Shown here piece after piece: positions 37,741 through 50,805 of a stretch of DNA of 64,000 bases; positions within the stretch are counted from its first letter, which is position 1; every line of letters starts with the position of its first letter. A program made the translations under genes and the position numbers. Below the pieces are notes generated by a model, which was given only the letters and a program-made list of their open reading frames with translations, searched no databases and was not told the origin of the DNA. The stretch is from the NCBI GenBank assembly GCA_035084275.1, contig CM068744.1:10726001-10790000 (forward strand), in the 5' to 3' direction. The DNA is from Hydrolagus colliei. Lineage: Eukaryota.

Positions 37741-39301
37741 TCACTTGTGGAGCGCTCTGAGACGCCATGCGGCGTGGAGGGCGCTATATAAATCAAAGTT
37801 GTTGTTGTTGTTGCTGCATTTCGCCCCAAAATATATAGTCAATTTTACAGTATATTACAGTATATTCTGTGAAGTGCTTTGAGATGTCTAGAAGACATGA
37901 AAGCGCTATATCAAATGCTGGGAGTTTTATTATTATTACTGCACTTTCTTATTTTCATTATTATTATTATTATACCATACCTAGTATGTCCCCCTGAGTG
38001 CCGCCTGCACAGCTGAACCATATCGCCAATACATTTTATTGTCACAATTATATACAATGCAATGAAGCTTTTCAGTTGCTGGACAAATTTTATCACACAT
38101 AAATGACTACAGATTGCACTTTGATCTTCATTTCCTTAGAACAATATTTGATGATTAAGCATTCAGTATTTATTGATAGCTTCACTTCATGTAACAAAAT
38201 GTTAGTGTAGAAATTGGCAATTTAATTGGTAATAATATGTACCATCAGATGAAAGAACACTTCAGTTAATACGCCCTATGGTAACTTTCTGAATTCTCTT
38301 TAACAGTCAGCAATGGTAACAAGCATCACCCCCAAAAGATGTGCTGTGTTATAAATGAAAGGAAATTTCATTTATAAAATTTTATTTTGCAAGTTCAATA
38401 TCTTATAGATCAAAGTTGTGGAAATGTCATAAATTGACACTTTATTTGGAAGCTGTTTCTTGTTAAAGAACTACAGAGAAAACAAGTTTCCAAATTAACT
38501 CAAAATATAAAAATGTTCCATAATATTGCACAATCGTAAATTTCAAGACAAAATAATCTTAAGGGCTAAGACTGGGTGGAGTTTTGGAACTCAGCACACG
38601 CACTGGCTGCTTGTGTTGCACTTCTTGTATCTGAAGGAATATTATGTGTTCTGTTAAAAAATATATTATTTTCGCCCACAAAATGTACAGTCAATTCACT
38701 TTACAGTATATTCTGTGAAGCGCTTTGAGATGTCTGAAGGATTTGACAAGGCACTCTATGAAATGCAAGTATCATTATCATGATGATTAGCATTCAACCA
38801 GAGCAAATCAGACATTCATCAGTGCAAAAATAACCAACCTATTTAGAGCATGATTGGGAGGCAATTACACCTAGAAGTTAGATGGTTGAGGGCAGTGCTT
38901 TTGTGCATTTCAGAAACTACCTGTATGTTAGGAAAGATTACCAGAGTTTTACAAATTCCATCCTTGTACGGAATTGTTGTCAGCAGCAAATAGATTATCA
39001 AAGTATGGCTACACTTTGAAAAATGATGTTTTCCTACATTCCGATAGAACAAATTAATTATTTGAAAAAATCACAATCTTGGTCCCACCATATTGAATTC
39101 TTCAGGAAACCCAAACTGCACAAAAGAAAATAAGGCTGACTTTATACTGGATGAATTAATGTGGCAAGAACAAATAAAGAGTAAATAACATATGTTGCAA
39201 ACTTGATGAGGTGATACAGACTTAATGTTTCTTTCAGAGAGAAACCTGATCTCCTTCACCTCAGTGTTCATATATTCAAGCTACTTGAACTGGAAGCTTG
39301 T

Positions 39302-39925
39302 CAACAACAACAAAATTACATTTGTAGAGCACCTTTCACATTGGGAGGACATCCCAAGGCGCTGAACAGTCAGGGGGCTGGACCCGAGAGGTGGGGCAGA
39401 GTTAGATTGAGGGAGGACAGAGAAGCAGGAGGGTGACTGAAGGCACAGTATAAGAGGAGGATCTTGAGAATGGCCTTGAAGGAGGCAAGGGAGGGAGCAA
39501 GGTGAAGGAATTGTGGGATGGAGTTCCAAAGTGTAGGGGCAGAGAGGCTGAAGGCCTGGCCATCGTCGGTAGTGCATGTCGGGCGGGAGACATGGAGCAG
39601 GGCAGAGCCTGCTGAATGGAGGGAGCTGACAGGTTGATAGGGTGTCAGTAGGTCAGAGAGGTAGGAGGGGGCAAGGCCATGGAGGGGCTTGAAGGTGAAA
39701 ACAAGGATCCTATATTCGATCCTCTGAGTAACAGGGGAGCCAGTGGAGCCATGCGAGTGTGGGCGTGATGGGGTCACGGAGCCTGGTGCAGGAGAGAACA
39801 CAAGCTGCAGAGTTTTGGGTGTTCTGCAGGTTTTGGAGGGAAGAGTTGGGAAGGCCGACAAGCAGGGAGTTGGTGTAGTTGAGCCTAGATATGATGAATG
39901 CATGTATAAGGAATGCACACTTTGT
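39302..39925 (-). mobile_element. L2 3' portion
   Basis: 'PVTQRIEYRILVFTFKPLHGLAPSYLSDLL...[14 protein letters not shown]' plus (CAA)n tail. Confidence 0.88.
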
Positions 39926-40686
39926 CCCAGTAGGGTCATATCCTGGTTACCTAAATTCTGGAGAGTATTTAGATCATAACTGACAGGTGATGAGTTATGT
40001 TGCTTGTCAGTATGTGGTGCAATCTGCAGTACAGTATTTGGATTCAGTTTTATCACATTGCTCGGGCGAAGAACTCACACATCATTTGGAAGAAATAAAC
40101 TAATACAGATGATAAGTTGTGCAAGCAAGTTGTGCAAAATACCTTGAAATGTGTATATTCTGTTAACTTCTCTGTGTGCCATTATTTAATATGGTACTTT
40201 AAAAAAAGTGAGTACAGTATAGTATATTTTCAAGACTCGAAGAAGATTGCCCAAGTAACTCCAGCATATTGCATCAAAGGGTTCAAATTCCAGTGGAAAT
40301 TCCTCAATTTGGGAAGACTTTTTAAAAAAGATTTGTGGAATAAGTTGCCATGGCAGCGACTGAAGCACAGACAATATTCTAAATGAGTTAAAGAGGCAAC
40401 TAATTGAATTAGAACAAAAAGAGGCAGAAAGCTCTGAGAGATTTGGTGCAAAGACCTGTTGTGAGGTTGAGTTTAATAGAAAAGTGGCTGCTTTTTGTAC
40501 CTAATGAGTACTGTATTTTCTGATCCTACATTGTCCCGTTTTCATATATGAACAAAATTCTGCATAATATTAATATACAGAGCAGCTGGAATATACAGAA
40601 ATGTTTTTCTTTTAACGACCAGTTCTATCATGCTCTTTTCCATTGGCATATTAATATTACCTGTCCTTATCATTGCTGAAACTTGT

Positions 40687-40988
40687 GGAGTCCTGTAGCT
40701 CGGTGGTTACAGCACTCGCCTTACTAACATGAGACCTGTATTCGAACCTAGGCAGGGCAAAACCTTGGCTAAGTTTCCTTACTCCACACACCTAATATTA
40801 ATACTAATAATCACTCAAAAATGTTTTCAATACACAGCTGTTTGTGGGACACTGCTGTGCACAATTGACTGCTGCGTTTCGCCCATATATATACAGTCAA
40901 TTCACTTTCCAGTATATTCTGTGAAGCACTTTGAGACATCTAGAAGACATGAAAAGCTCTATATCAAATATAAGAATTATTATTATTA
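40687..40988 (+). mobile_element. tRNA SINE
   Basis: 'ggagtcctgtagctcggtggtt...ttcgaacc' head, family core and (ATT)n tail. Confidence 0.85.
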
Positions 40989-42712
40989 ATATAGTCACCC
41001 AGTTATACCTCACCCAAGTTGTCAGTCTTTATACGAGAGTTGGGAGGTTATATCACATTGAAGATTAGGTTGTCAAAGCCTGCCATTCAACATATACGCT
41101 CTAGCTAGAAGTCATTGCACAGCATTAAGAAATAGGAGCGCTGATAAGGTCAAGAGCATCACTCCTAGCTGCACTGACCTGACTCCCCAACACAAATAGC
41201 TGATCAAACCTGAGAAGTTCCTGGTTTGCACAGTCCACATTCACGTTTCCTCCAGTTGATATGTCAGGTGATATGAAATAACAACTAATTAGTCTTTGTG
41301 TGAAAAGCATTTGCATTATGGTTTAGACAAGCATGTGTGATTTTTATGTATGTTTGATTTATATTGGCCAATATTGGCAAGTTTGATTTGAATACTATTT
41401 GAATCTTTTGTTCACAAGGGCTAAAGGTTAATCATTACTCCACTCCCAAAATAGTACAAATGGCAACTGTTGTCTAGTATGTTCTACTCCATTATATTCT
41501 CTCTGTTTTAACACACAGCTATCAGATTATGATTGTGATAAATAATCCGTAGACTATGTTGTAAAATTAAATGTATTACATCTTTCAAGTCAGATGTTAT
41601 ATCTGATGACTTTATTTTCTACTGTTGGTCCATGTGGTTAGAAATTCCATATAAGATTTTGGTTTGAATTTATGTGATTTTTTTTTGCTCGCAAGATCTA
41701 AAGATAATCATGTTAATCATTAATAAAATCCCCAATTAATAAATATGCCAACATCTGTTGTTGAATATGTTTCACTTCCTTATATTGCCATTGTTTTTAA
41801 ACCCAAATAACAGATTATGGCTGTGATAAATCATCTACAGACTATGTTTTAAATTGATTTTATTATATTTTGAGGTGAACTGTTAGATTTGATGGCTTCA
41901 TTTTTTGATAAATATTGTTCAGTTCTTCTGCCGTAACTTCTTGTCAAATAGTTGGTTGCCATTCGTGCATTCAAAACTGATGAACTTACTGTTGAGATGT
42001 ACTAATATGAAGCAAAAGTATTAATGGATAATTAATTGGAACATTACTAATGTAATTAGTATAATTAATAATTAGTTGGAACATTAGTAATATGAATTAC
42101 AATCATGAAAATTACCAACTGTAAATAGCTGAATTAAAGTGGCAGAAATAACCATTTTGCACTCAATCTGACCCAAGCTGGTTTGTGTAAGAAAACCAGA
42201 CAGTCAGTGGGATATAAGGACAAAAGGAATGGGAGTCTTGAGACAGGAGAAGACTGCCACAAGCTGATAACATTGAGGCCTTGCATTCCTTGTACTACAA
42301 CAACAACATTACATTCATAGAGCGCCTTTCACATACAAAAACTGAGAAGGAACAACATCCTCCCTTAAATATCTGCCCTTAAATATCTGCCAACCCGATT
42401 AATTGTTCTCCCAATTAAAGATAGACACCAGCCTTGGGAGGAAGGGAGCTGTCTAATATTGTGAACGACAACAACAACAACAAAATTACATTGATAGAAT
42501 GCCTTTCACATCAGGAGGCGAACTAGTGAGCAGATTTTTCTGTAAAAACTCAATTATCTATAAAGAACGCAATATGATCAGATAAACGGGTTTTTGTACA
42601 AGGATGTGTAAGGGTCGAGTACATGGCAGCCCCTAATTGGTGAAACTGAGGGGCAGATCCTTGGGGCAAAAAGGTATAACTGCCTTGGGTTGGAGTGGTT
42701 GAGTAGCAGATC

Positions 42713-42900
42713 CAGCCGAGAGAAGATGCACAGAGACCGTTGCGACTGACTGCTCTGAACCTGGTAGTATAATTTTGTTACTTGTAGTGACATTATTATT
42801 TTACCAGTTTCGTATGTGTTACTTTGATTACTAAATCTCTATTACACCATATTTGGATTGTTGGGTCATATTTCAAGCCTCGGGATCAGAAATCCCAACA
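42713..42900 (+). mobile_element. LTR-like 3' end (R/U5), copy 1
   Basis: ~190 bp closely matching 50806-50990, ending ...cccaaca (CA terminus); TATA-like 'aaggtataa' just upstream. Confidence 0.55.
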
Positions 42901-43024
42901 GTTCAAAAAAGATCAACACATTTGAGGATGCTTTCATGTGACAATATTACAAATACTGTACAGCAGGGCTTGGAACTCATAATGTCTAATGCAGTGCTGG
43001 GAGTTCACTGCATTGTCAGAGGTA

Positions 43025-43247
43025 CAGTAAAAACCCGTTTATCTGGCACCCTCGGGACCTGGCCAATGCCGGTTAAAGTGCGGGCTGGATGTTTGGCTGA
43101 AAATGCAAAAAAAAGTCAAAATATGTTTCTTTTTTAAATGCATTTTCCCGGATAAATTCTGGTTAATCGAATGTGGACTTTTTTTTTGAGGTGCCGGTTA
43201 TACGGAAATTACGGTTGATCGGGTGCCAGATAAACAGGCTTTTACTG
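43025..43247. mobile_element. Tc1/mariner (pogo/Tigger-like) MITE nested in a Deu SINE
   Basis: TIRs cagtaaaaacccgtttatctggcacc / ggtgccagataaacaggcttttactg, flanked by TA on both sides; 223 bp. Confidence 0.88.
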
Positions 43248-44044
43248 TATTATCTTTCAGAAAAGACTTTAAACTGAGGCCCTTTCTACCTTTTCAGTTG
43301 GACGTTAAAGATCTCATGGTACCATTCAAAAAAGAGAATGCGTTTTGGCCAACAATCTCCCAACTACAATTGGTAATAAATTTTATGTTGGAACTTCTTT
43401 AAAATATTATGATCCACCATCTCAACGGACGGCAGCACTACTCTCTATGTATGAGCCTACTCTAGCACTTGCCTCATTCACACTGTATATCACTTCAACT
43501 TCATACTTTGACTGTTGACTGATTGGGATGTTGATGGCAGCAGAATGGACATGGAAACAGCTTTAAGCATGAGTGTCGGTTCCGATCCACAACGCAAATG
43601 CAGGATAGAGGTTTCGATTTTATTTTGAATCCTTTACTTCAATAAAAATGAGTGTTTTAAATCAGGTAAAGCTTGCTGTTTTATATGCAATTAAATGACT
43701 TCTTGGCAGCCCTGAATCCAAATATTGCTGAAATACAAGAAATCAACCCATAATGGTACTGTATTCACTTTAGCTTTCATTTCTGGGGTGAAGCAATTAC
43801 TGCCAGAGCTTGATACCCTTTCAGAAACCTATTCCCCATTAATGTTTGTCAGTAACCTCGCATTTAGTTAACAAATTACAGTAAATATAAAATTACAAAT
43901 ATTTTGTACAAAGCTTTATTCACTAAGTAAACAACAATGACTGAACTCGCTTTAAATAAATATTTAAGAGGGGTTGGAGTCGTACTCTTTGCAAACAGAA
44001 GATGGTCTCCAATGACCAGTCCTGGATGCTGAGTCAGGTTGTTC

Positions 44045-44236
44045 TTCCCTTCGCCTCGCCCCCTCTCTTCCCCGTTTCAGGACCAGGCTAAAGACCGTTC
44101 TCTTCGACCGCGCCTTTGGTCACCTTTCTACCCCTGCCCCTGGCTTGCTCCCGGGATCTATTGTTTGTGAAGCGCTCTGAGATGCCATCCGGCATGGAGG
44201 GCGCTATATAAATCAAAGTTGTTTTTGTTGTTGTTG
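44045..44236 (+). mobile_element. L2 3' end
   Basis: 'cttcgaccgcgcctttggtcacc...gcgctatataaatcaaagttg'. Confidence 0.85.
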
Positions 44237-44874
44237 GGTGAGAAACTTGGGTTGTTGGGTTGCTGGAAGCCTAATTGTTACAGTAGCTGCGACCACGATC
44301 TGATTTGCAGGAACAGGAAGGTTTGTAGAAAGATCAGCACCAGGTTATATAAATACTTTTGCCTGACAGACTGGTAATGACAGAAACCAGTGAAGCAGGA
44401 AGTGCAAATGTTAGGTGCTCATTCAGTATATGCTTTGATTTGAAATACTTTACACCGAACTAACAGATTTTTATCAAAACCTTATCAAATCAAGTCTTAC
44501 GTTACTCATTCTTGTATTTTCCAAAAAAACATTATTGGAATTGCAAAGTAGCTTTTTATTTCTACTGATAATCCTATAAATAAATCAAAATGTTTGAATC
44601 CAACTGCAGAATGATTTTATTATGCGTTTTTACATTTCTAGTAACTAATTGCTGGCATTTAGGGAATACAGATGTTTTGAACTTTGAAACATTGACGAGA
44701 AAAAAAATCTAATGACGTTTATATTTGTGGAAGAATATTGCTTAATTCTGTTAAACAAAGTGAAATTTGTATGTGTGTGTATGGGCATGGGGGATTGTGT
44801 ATGGGGGATTCCTGTGTATGTGTGTGTGTGTGTGTCTGTGTGTGGAAGGATGGTATCTGTGTATATGTATATAA

Positions 44875-45125
44875 TACTAATAATCCCTACATTTGATATA
44901 GTGCTTTTCACATCTTCTAGACGTCTCAAAGGGCTTCACAGAATACGCTGTAAAGTAAATTGACTGTTTATTTATATAATTGTAGCCAATTGCACACAGC
45001 AGTGTCCCACAAACACAAACAGTCGTGGATTAAAATGACCAATTTATTATTATTTTGAGGGATTATTATCAGGCGTGTGGAGTAAGGAAAGGTTTCGCCC
45101 TGTCCTGCCTGGAATCGAACATATA
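44875..45125 (-). mobile_element. tRNA SINE within (TG)n-rich sequence
   Basis: Family tail and core; flanked by imperfect TG microsatellites (44770-44870, 45150-45205). Confidence 0.8.
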
Positions 45126-46105
45126 CCTGTGTGTGAAGGGTGGGAATGCCTGTGTTTGTGTGTGTGTGTGCATGTGTGTGTGTATATATGAGTGAGTGCG
45201 TGTGTGGAGGTCTTCTTGGTGCAGCTGGTCAAATATTACATTTTCAGAAGCATTACAAGCAATGTGATTGCGAAAACCTATGAACCAAGTGATGATGCTA
45301 TTCAAGGCTGATACTATTTGGCTGCATAAAAACAAATCAAAATATGACATGTCACTGTTAACTGCTAAAATAAATCAGTCAATATATGTGTCACCAAGCT
45401 TATGTGATTTAATTTTCGGGAATACAGATTGCATTCTCAAAGGGCAAACTGTATTGTGTGGAAGCCTGTGTATGTGTGTGTGTGTGTGGATGACTGTGTG
45501 GATGGCTGTGAAGGAATGCATGTGTGTCTATATATGTTTCAGTTCATCATTAAAATCAAGTAAGGCCATGTACACTATTTTGTGCTCTCACGCTTACTTG
45601 CCCATTTTCATTCTTCCAGCCTTTTCTTTTCATTCATTGTCTGAATGCCTAAAATTTGGGCTCCTTACAGTTACATGTGGACTTTTTTCATCTGAGACTC
45701 ATTCTATCGAATTTCAAGAGCACTAATGTTGACTTATAAAGCATGTAGTCATTATCATGAGAGTATCGAAACCAGATGGAGAGTTCTGCATAAGTATTTC
45801 ACATGCACCTTGAAATTTCCATGTAGCTGGAAGGGAATGTGAACTCTCTCCTTGCTTACCTAATTTTGGAGAGCACAGTAGTAGTTTGGGGCATAGGATA
45901 TGTTATGCAATCAGTCTATTTTAGTTTAAATTGATATCTGTTTGTACATTTTTTGCTTTTCATGCATTCCAGGAAACATGGGAATGAGGAAAAACATAAA
46001 CAAGGAGAAGCTATGAACTCAGAATTTCAATGACGATTTAATACTGTAAATACTGTACAGGAAAATCAGATACACTGATACACAAGAGCCTTTGAAGGAC
46101 GAACA

Positions 46106-47084
46106 ATGAACACAAGACATTTTGGGAAAACAGAAACTGTGCAGTACTGCTATGAGTCGGTGAATGGATCTTGCCTCAAACCAATACAATCAAAATTGTC
46201 TGTGCCCCAATGTATATATTTATGACAGGAACAATTCTGTTCACTATCACTGGTATTGATGATCATTGCTATTTCTCACTTCAAACAACTCCAGACACCT
46301 GCTAATTATGCCTTATAGTGCGGTAAGATCCGTAGAAACATGTTGGTATTTTGGTGATGTGTTTTGCAAGATTCACTCAAACTGTGATGTTATGCTCTGT
46401 ACAGTTCCAATACTGCATCTGTGTTTCATTTCCATCGACCGTTACAACGTGGTTTGTGACCCACTGAGATACAGATTAAGGATGAGAACTTTTCTTTCAG
46501 CGTTGGTCTTGATCTTCATTAGCTGAGCTATTTCTGCTGTATTTGTTTTCTGCATGGTTTGTTTAGAATTAAATTTAGAAGGAATCAAGGAATTTTACTA
46601 TAATAATATTGCTTGCTATGGGGGTTGCATACTTATGTTCAGTGAAACAACAGGGGTGGTTTCGTTTTACCTGTACATGCCGGGAGGGAGCCACAATGTT
46701 GTTTATTTATGGTAAGATTTACCTTGTGGCAAAAAAACAAGTTAGAACCATAGACAATGTCGCTAATCCAATTCACACCATCGAAGAAAACAAGCACAAA
46801 ATGTCACAAAACAATGAATGGAAAGCTGCAAAACTCTTGGCTTAGTGATGGGAGTGTTTCTGATTTGCTGGTGTCCATTTTTCATCTGTAACACAGTGGA
46901 TACTTTTGTCAATTATTCAACTCTGCCTGTTCTGTTTGACTCCCTTGTCTGATTTGTTTACTTGAATTCTACATTCAATCCCATGATCTATGGATTCTTT
47001 TATTTCTGGTTCAGAAAAGCTTTGAAAGTAATGTTAACTCACAAAATCTTGAGATATGTTTCTTCCAGGACAAGCTTGATCTGA
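46106..47084 (+). pseudogene. TAAR pseudogene (paralog of 31525-32559)
   Basis: MNTRHFGKTETVQYCYESVNGSCL..., 'ISHFKQLQTP', then loss of TM2, 'CWYFGDVFCKIHSNCDVMLC', DRY, TGA at W4.50 (46524-46526), frameshifts, TGA at the TM7 Trp, and fingerprint '[20 protein letters not shown]'. Acceptor ends at 45972. Confidence 0.93.
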
Positions 47085-47221
47085 GAGTAAAGTTTACACT
47101 GACAGTGACTCTACATAGAGAAAAAGAAACTAACCGTTTACTTTCACTAAGTTGAACTAATTGCTTCAATTTGATAATGACCCAGTTCCATTTTCCCAAT
47201 TAGTTTTATAATGTATGATCT

Positions 47222-47510
47222 TTCCCATAGCTCAGTAGTTAGAGCACTCGCCTTCCAAGCGAGAGACCTGGATTTGATTCCCAGCAGGTCGAAACCTTGG
47301 GTAAGTGTCCTTACTCCACACACCTGATAATAATCCTTCAAGTAAAAAAAAACTATAAAACAATTGGTCACTTTAATCCACGACTGTTTGTGGGAAGTGC
47401 CGTGTGCAATTAGCTACCACATTTCGCCCACAAATATACAGTTAATTCACTTTACAATATATTCTGTAACGTGATTTGAGATGTCAAAAAGGACTATATC
47501 AAATATAATC
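47222..47510 (+). mobile_element. tRNA SINE (older subfamily)
   Basis: 'tagctcagtagttagagcactcgccttccaagcgagagacctgg' head and family core. Confidence 0.8.
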
Positions 47511-47614
47511 ATGACTTGGAAGAAGATGCTTTTTAATAACTACTATAAATAGGTTTCAAATTTAGAAGAATTTTTTACAATTTTGTGCAATTCTTAAATT
47601 TGGCATTACAGCAA

Positions 47615-48500
47615 AACAACAGCACAATTACATTTATAGAGTGCCTTTCATTTTGGGAGGACATCCCAAGACGCTGAACACAATAATATTTTGACGACCG
47701 AGACACTGCAATGCCGGGTGATTGCCAGGTCAAGCGGATGGCCGTGAACATGGGGGGCAAAATGGATATAGAAGGAGAGGAGAGAGAAGAAATTTGAGGA
47801 GGTAGAGCAAAAGGAGGTGAAACGGAGGTTGAAGTCACTGAGGATGATGAGGCGATCGGAGCAGAGGCAGAGGGAAGGTAGGAGGGTGGAGATGTCAGAG
47901 ATGAATGTGGGGGAAGATTTGGGAGGGTAGTAAATTAGGAGATGGGAGGGGTGGCAGAGGGTGAGGTGTTCAAATGAGGGGAAGGAACTAGAGAGGTAGG
48001 GGGTTAGGGCAAGTGTCGCCCTGGAGATGAGGGTCACACCACCGTCACAGCAGTTGGGATGTGGGGCATTTTGGGAGATATAGCCGGATAGTGTGGCCTC
48101 CGTGAGGGGGAAGGTGTCACTTGAGGTGATCCAGGTTTCTGTGAGGGCGATGATATCAACGTTTTCATCGAGGATAAGATCATTGACGGCCAGGGTCTTG
48201 TTGCAGAGGAAGTGGACATTTTGAAGGCCGAAGCGGAGGGAACAGTGGGTAAGGGGATGTGTGGGATGGGAATGGGAACTGGATTGGTTGGCGGGGAGGG
48301 TGGGGATGCAGATGAAGAGGAGAGGTTGACCCCTGGCAATTGTGTCCGGCATAGCTGGCGAATCTCGAGTGCCACGATGATCCCCGGCAGAAGATTCCCA
48401 GGATGGAGGGTGGAGAGGGAGCAAGACAGAACAGAAGAGTTGCGGGGAGGGGGGTTATTTTGAGGGAGGGCTAGCTCGGGTCTGGGGCAGCAGCCAAAAT
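47615..48500 (-). mobile_element. L2 endonuclease-domain fragment abutting an L2 tail
   Basis: 'FGLQNVHFLCNK...DIIALTETW...GGVTLI...IYYPP...LIILSDFN...HVHGHPLDL' (APE domain). Confidence 0.85.
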
Positions 48501-48740
48501 GTACAAGCTAAGACGTGAGGCTAAGGTAGAATTTTAGGCCTTACATTATAATTGCTGCTTCAGAGAAGTGTATAATTTGTTCAAGTTCATCTCATAAAAT
48601 ATTCTCTAATTTAGTTCTAAGTCTAACAATTACTATATCTTAAAGTAACTAGTAATAATATTTAAGTTAATTGCTTTGAAGCATCCTCCTGATATGAAAG
48701 CCATTATATAAATGTAAATTGTATTTGTATATTATAATGA

Positions 48741-49063
48741 GGAGATCCTGTGGCTCTGTGGTTAGAGCTGGGGAGACCAAGCTGGGGAGACCTGTGTTCG
48801 AATCCAGGCAGGTCAGGGCGAAACCTTGGGCAAGTTTCCTTACTGCACACGCCTAATAATAATCCCTCCAAAAAAAAATGACAATAATAAAATTGGTCAT
48901 TTCAATCCACGACTATGTGTGGGACGCTGCTGTGCGCAATTGGCTGCCGCGATTCGCCCACAAATATATACAGTCAATTCACTTTACAGTATATTCTGTG
49001 AAGCGCTTTGGGACGTTGATAAAAATGTGGAAAGCGCTATATCAAATGCAATGATTATTATTA
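48741..49063 (+). mobile_element. Young tRNA SINE
   Basis: Near-identical body to 14761-15095. Confidence 0.9.
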
Positions 49064-49144
49064 ATGACAAATAAAACAAATTGTGATGAAAGATAACTGC
49101 AACCTTTTTAAACGTCTGATAAAATCATACAACACCAAATAATG

Positions 49145-49430
49145 ATGATAATAATAATCCTTGCATTTGATATAGCACCTTCACATCTTCCAGACATCGC
49201 AAAGCGCATTGCAAAATATGCTGTAAAGTTAACTGACTTTTATTTGGGGACGAATTGCGGCCATCAATTGCGGCCCACAATAAAGTCCCACAAACTGTCG
49301 TGGACTGAATGACCAATTTATTAGGGGGTGATTTTCTTGAGGGATTATTATCAGGCATGTGATGTAAGGAAATTTACCCAATGTTTTACCCCGCTGGGAT
49401 TGAACCCAGTTCTCTCGCTTGTGAGGCTAA
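49145..49430 (-). mobile_element. tRNA SINE, diverged
   Basis: Family tail, core and head in reverse orientation. Confidence 0.75.
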
Positions 49431-50805
49431 TAACTGCAATATTATTTGCACATCTTATATTAGTTTTAAAAAAAATAATAACAGTTACAGTAAAATAATA
49501 ATAGCTTGGGTTTATATATTGCATTTCAGGTAAAGAAACATCACAAAGTGTTTGACAGATGTGATGTTGAGCACTTTAGTGAAGGCGTTACTGAATCTTC
49601 AGAGGTCCCATCGCTGATGCACTGCTATTATTAAACTGAGTTCCCTTCTGCCTTTTCAGATGGACAAAAAATATTTAATTATTTCATTTGAAAGAAAAAA
49701 GAGTTTCTTTCATTTCCTGACTGACAATCCAACAAGTTAATTGCTCATATTCTAAAAATGTCATGTGGCTGGATTCTGTGGGCAATCGCGGCAGTCAATT
49801 TATACTCAGCGATGTTTCACAATAAGCCATGAAATAAATGATAGATTTTATCAGGAGGATTGTTGAAATTCCCTTCTTCTTTCGAATACTGTCGTGGGAT
49901 CTTTAAATGTCTCCTAAATACACAGACTCTGTTTTTAATGTCTTATTTGAAGGTCAGCACCTCCAACAATGCAACATACCCCCAGCATTGCATTGGGTGG
50001 CAGCCAAGACGATATGAGTTCCAAGTTTCAAAGTGGGGCTTGAACCCACAATCTTCTGGCTCAGAGGTCAGAATAATAATAATAATCCTTGCATTTGATA
50101 TAGCGCTTTCCACATCTTATCGACGTCCCAAAGTGCTTCACAGAATATACTGTAAAGTGAATTGATTGTATATATATTTGTGGGCGAATGTTACCAACTA
50201 AACTAGGATGCTGTCATCGTCTGGTATAAAAATTTTAGTAATTATCACATAACTGAAAATTGCAATTCAACATTTTTTGGATCAATAACTGAAATGGATG
50301 TGAACATCTTATGCCAATGGTTTGACCCACAGCTGGTCAAGCCTTGAGCACAGCTATTGTTTCTATCTGCAGAGGTGTTTTACTATAAGATATTTTGATG
50401 TCTGCTAGTCAAGATAAGGAAAGGGCTAATGAAAAACAGGGCAAGAATCACCAAGAATCAGGAGACACCAGGAATAATCACATGTAAAAGAGTTTTGGTT
50501 TGGAGTAAGTGAAGCTGGTGGAGAAGTACAAAGATAGGAGGAAAAGAGTGGCTCATCACAACAGTTGGGGAATATCTCAACATGAAAGCCGAGATCTCCA
50601 GCCTGCCACTGTTGTCCAGAGCTACTGGAACTGGTAACAGATTTTAGTTCTGTTTTACAGGCAGGGAAAGGTCAGTTACAGAAGCAGGTGCCCGGTCTTA
50701 CACTCAGTAAATAGGCTAAATAGAGCATTAGAGGGGTGCTGTGGTATGCTGTATGTCCCGAGGTAGACAGGGTTGTTATCTGTGATTGAACGGTTGTTAG
50801 CGTAA

